DNA of 60,489 nt, the filler included. It is 8 parts of 8 records of this genome, joined end to end, with 100 filler letters (N's around TTAATTAATTAA, not from the genome) between each part and the next. Parts side by side here need not be neighbours in the genome. Positions count along the whole stretch, not along the records: positions 55,272 to 60,489 come from SRR31147125_136183; 7 more parts are not named here. The stretch is one strand, 5' to 3'. Of this stretch, positions 60,288-60,489 are shown in pieces. The first letter of the stretch is position 1. Each line of letters begins with the position of its first letter. The notes under the pieces were generated by a model. That model ran no database searches. It worked only from the letters and a program-made list of their open reading frames with translations, and was not told where the DNA came from. Both the position numbers and the translations under genes were made by a program.

Positions 60288-60489
60288 TCACATCATCCGG
60301 CGTTTCTGCAGCAGAACAAGCTGACATCCTCCGAGAAGCAGTATCCCCCCGAACAATTGAAGCATGGTTATCCGTTCACCAAACAGAAAAAAGAGAAGAT
60401 ACCGGTGAGAAAGGGGACCAGCAACTGAACCGATGAGGCGGTAATGATTCCGAGGGCCGGAAGCAGGTAGTAAAAAAGAGCCTGCCCCC
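60288..60489 (-). CDS. DMT/EamA transporter, C-terminal part (enters from the window edge; homopolymer frameshift near 60346)
   Basis: Manual translation: GQALFYYLLPALGIITASSVQLLVPFLTGIFSFFLFGERITMLQLFGG(ILLLGG...), an EamA C-terminal pattern. Confidence 0.7.
   Translation of the reverse strand, partial: GAGSFLLPASGPRNHYRLIGSVAGPLSHRYLLFFLFGERITMLQLFGGILLLGGCQLVLLQKRRMM

Noticed and set aside
60197-60436. 79-aa plus-strand ORF at the window end
   Set aside because: The opposite strand encodes a convincing EamA C-terminus.
1-60489. Functional links across spacers, e.g. iorAB with porCDAB, the Pfa-like KS with the KAS-III pair, or the Mo enzyme with the acyl-CoA ligase
   Set aside because: The genes lie on different contigs, probably from different organisms, so adjacency is meaningless.
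1-60489. CRISPR arrays, tRNA/rRNA genes, IS elements, integrases and riboswitches
   Set aside because: No regularly spaced repeats, cloverleaf or rRNA signatures, or transposase/integrase motifs were seen by eye. A covariance-model scan would be needed to exclude small RNAs.

Overview
This window is not one locus. It is 8 unrelated contigs joined by artificial 100-nt spacers (44 N + TTAATTAATTAA + 44 N), so gene neighbourhood is meaningful only within a contig. Contents, with taxonomy inferred only from composition and gene style: (1) 1-6882, AT-rich and Clostridia-like: partial alaS, an Lrp + aminotransferase pair, xdhABC and a YegP-family gene. (2) 6983-12022: sigma54-driven amt, iorAB, hisF/hisH. 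(3) 12123-19165, Desulfobacterales-like: rhodanese, DUF3786, aroE/aroK, a CosR/EctR-like MarR regulator and proVWX. (4) 19266-27198: a Pfa-like KS-CLF synthase fragment, USP, MFS, a J-domain protein and YceD. (5) 27299-34092: threonine ammonia-lyase, a solitary Pycsar-effector-like (DUF5706) gene, rsmE, a DMT transporter, rsgA and a PAS sensor. (6) 34193-48331, Clostridia-like: a dense catabolic island with an old-yellow-enzyme fragment, two FabH/KAS-III-like paralogues (one lacking the catalytic Cys), SDR, TetR, a two-component system, an NmrA-like reductase, a cupin, a LigM-like THF-dependent demethylase, PucR and a pyrogallol-transhydroxylase-like Mo enzyme. (7) 48432-55171: ADP-forming acyl-CoA ligase, porCDAB and an amino-acid dehydrogenase. 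(8) 55272-60489: a Dpp-type ABC transporter, MarR and a methyltransferase. About 11 genes are split by single-base frameshifts, mostly in homopolymer runs, which are most likely sequencing errors. Contig 6 is the best candidate for an undescribed system: a possible anaerobic pathway for methoxylated or polyhydroxylated aromatics that includes an active/inactive KAS-III pair. I found no rRNA, tRNA, CRISPR array or transposase. All family calls come from motif recognition by eye, not from database searches.
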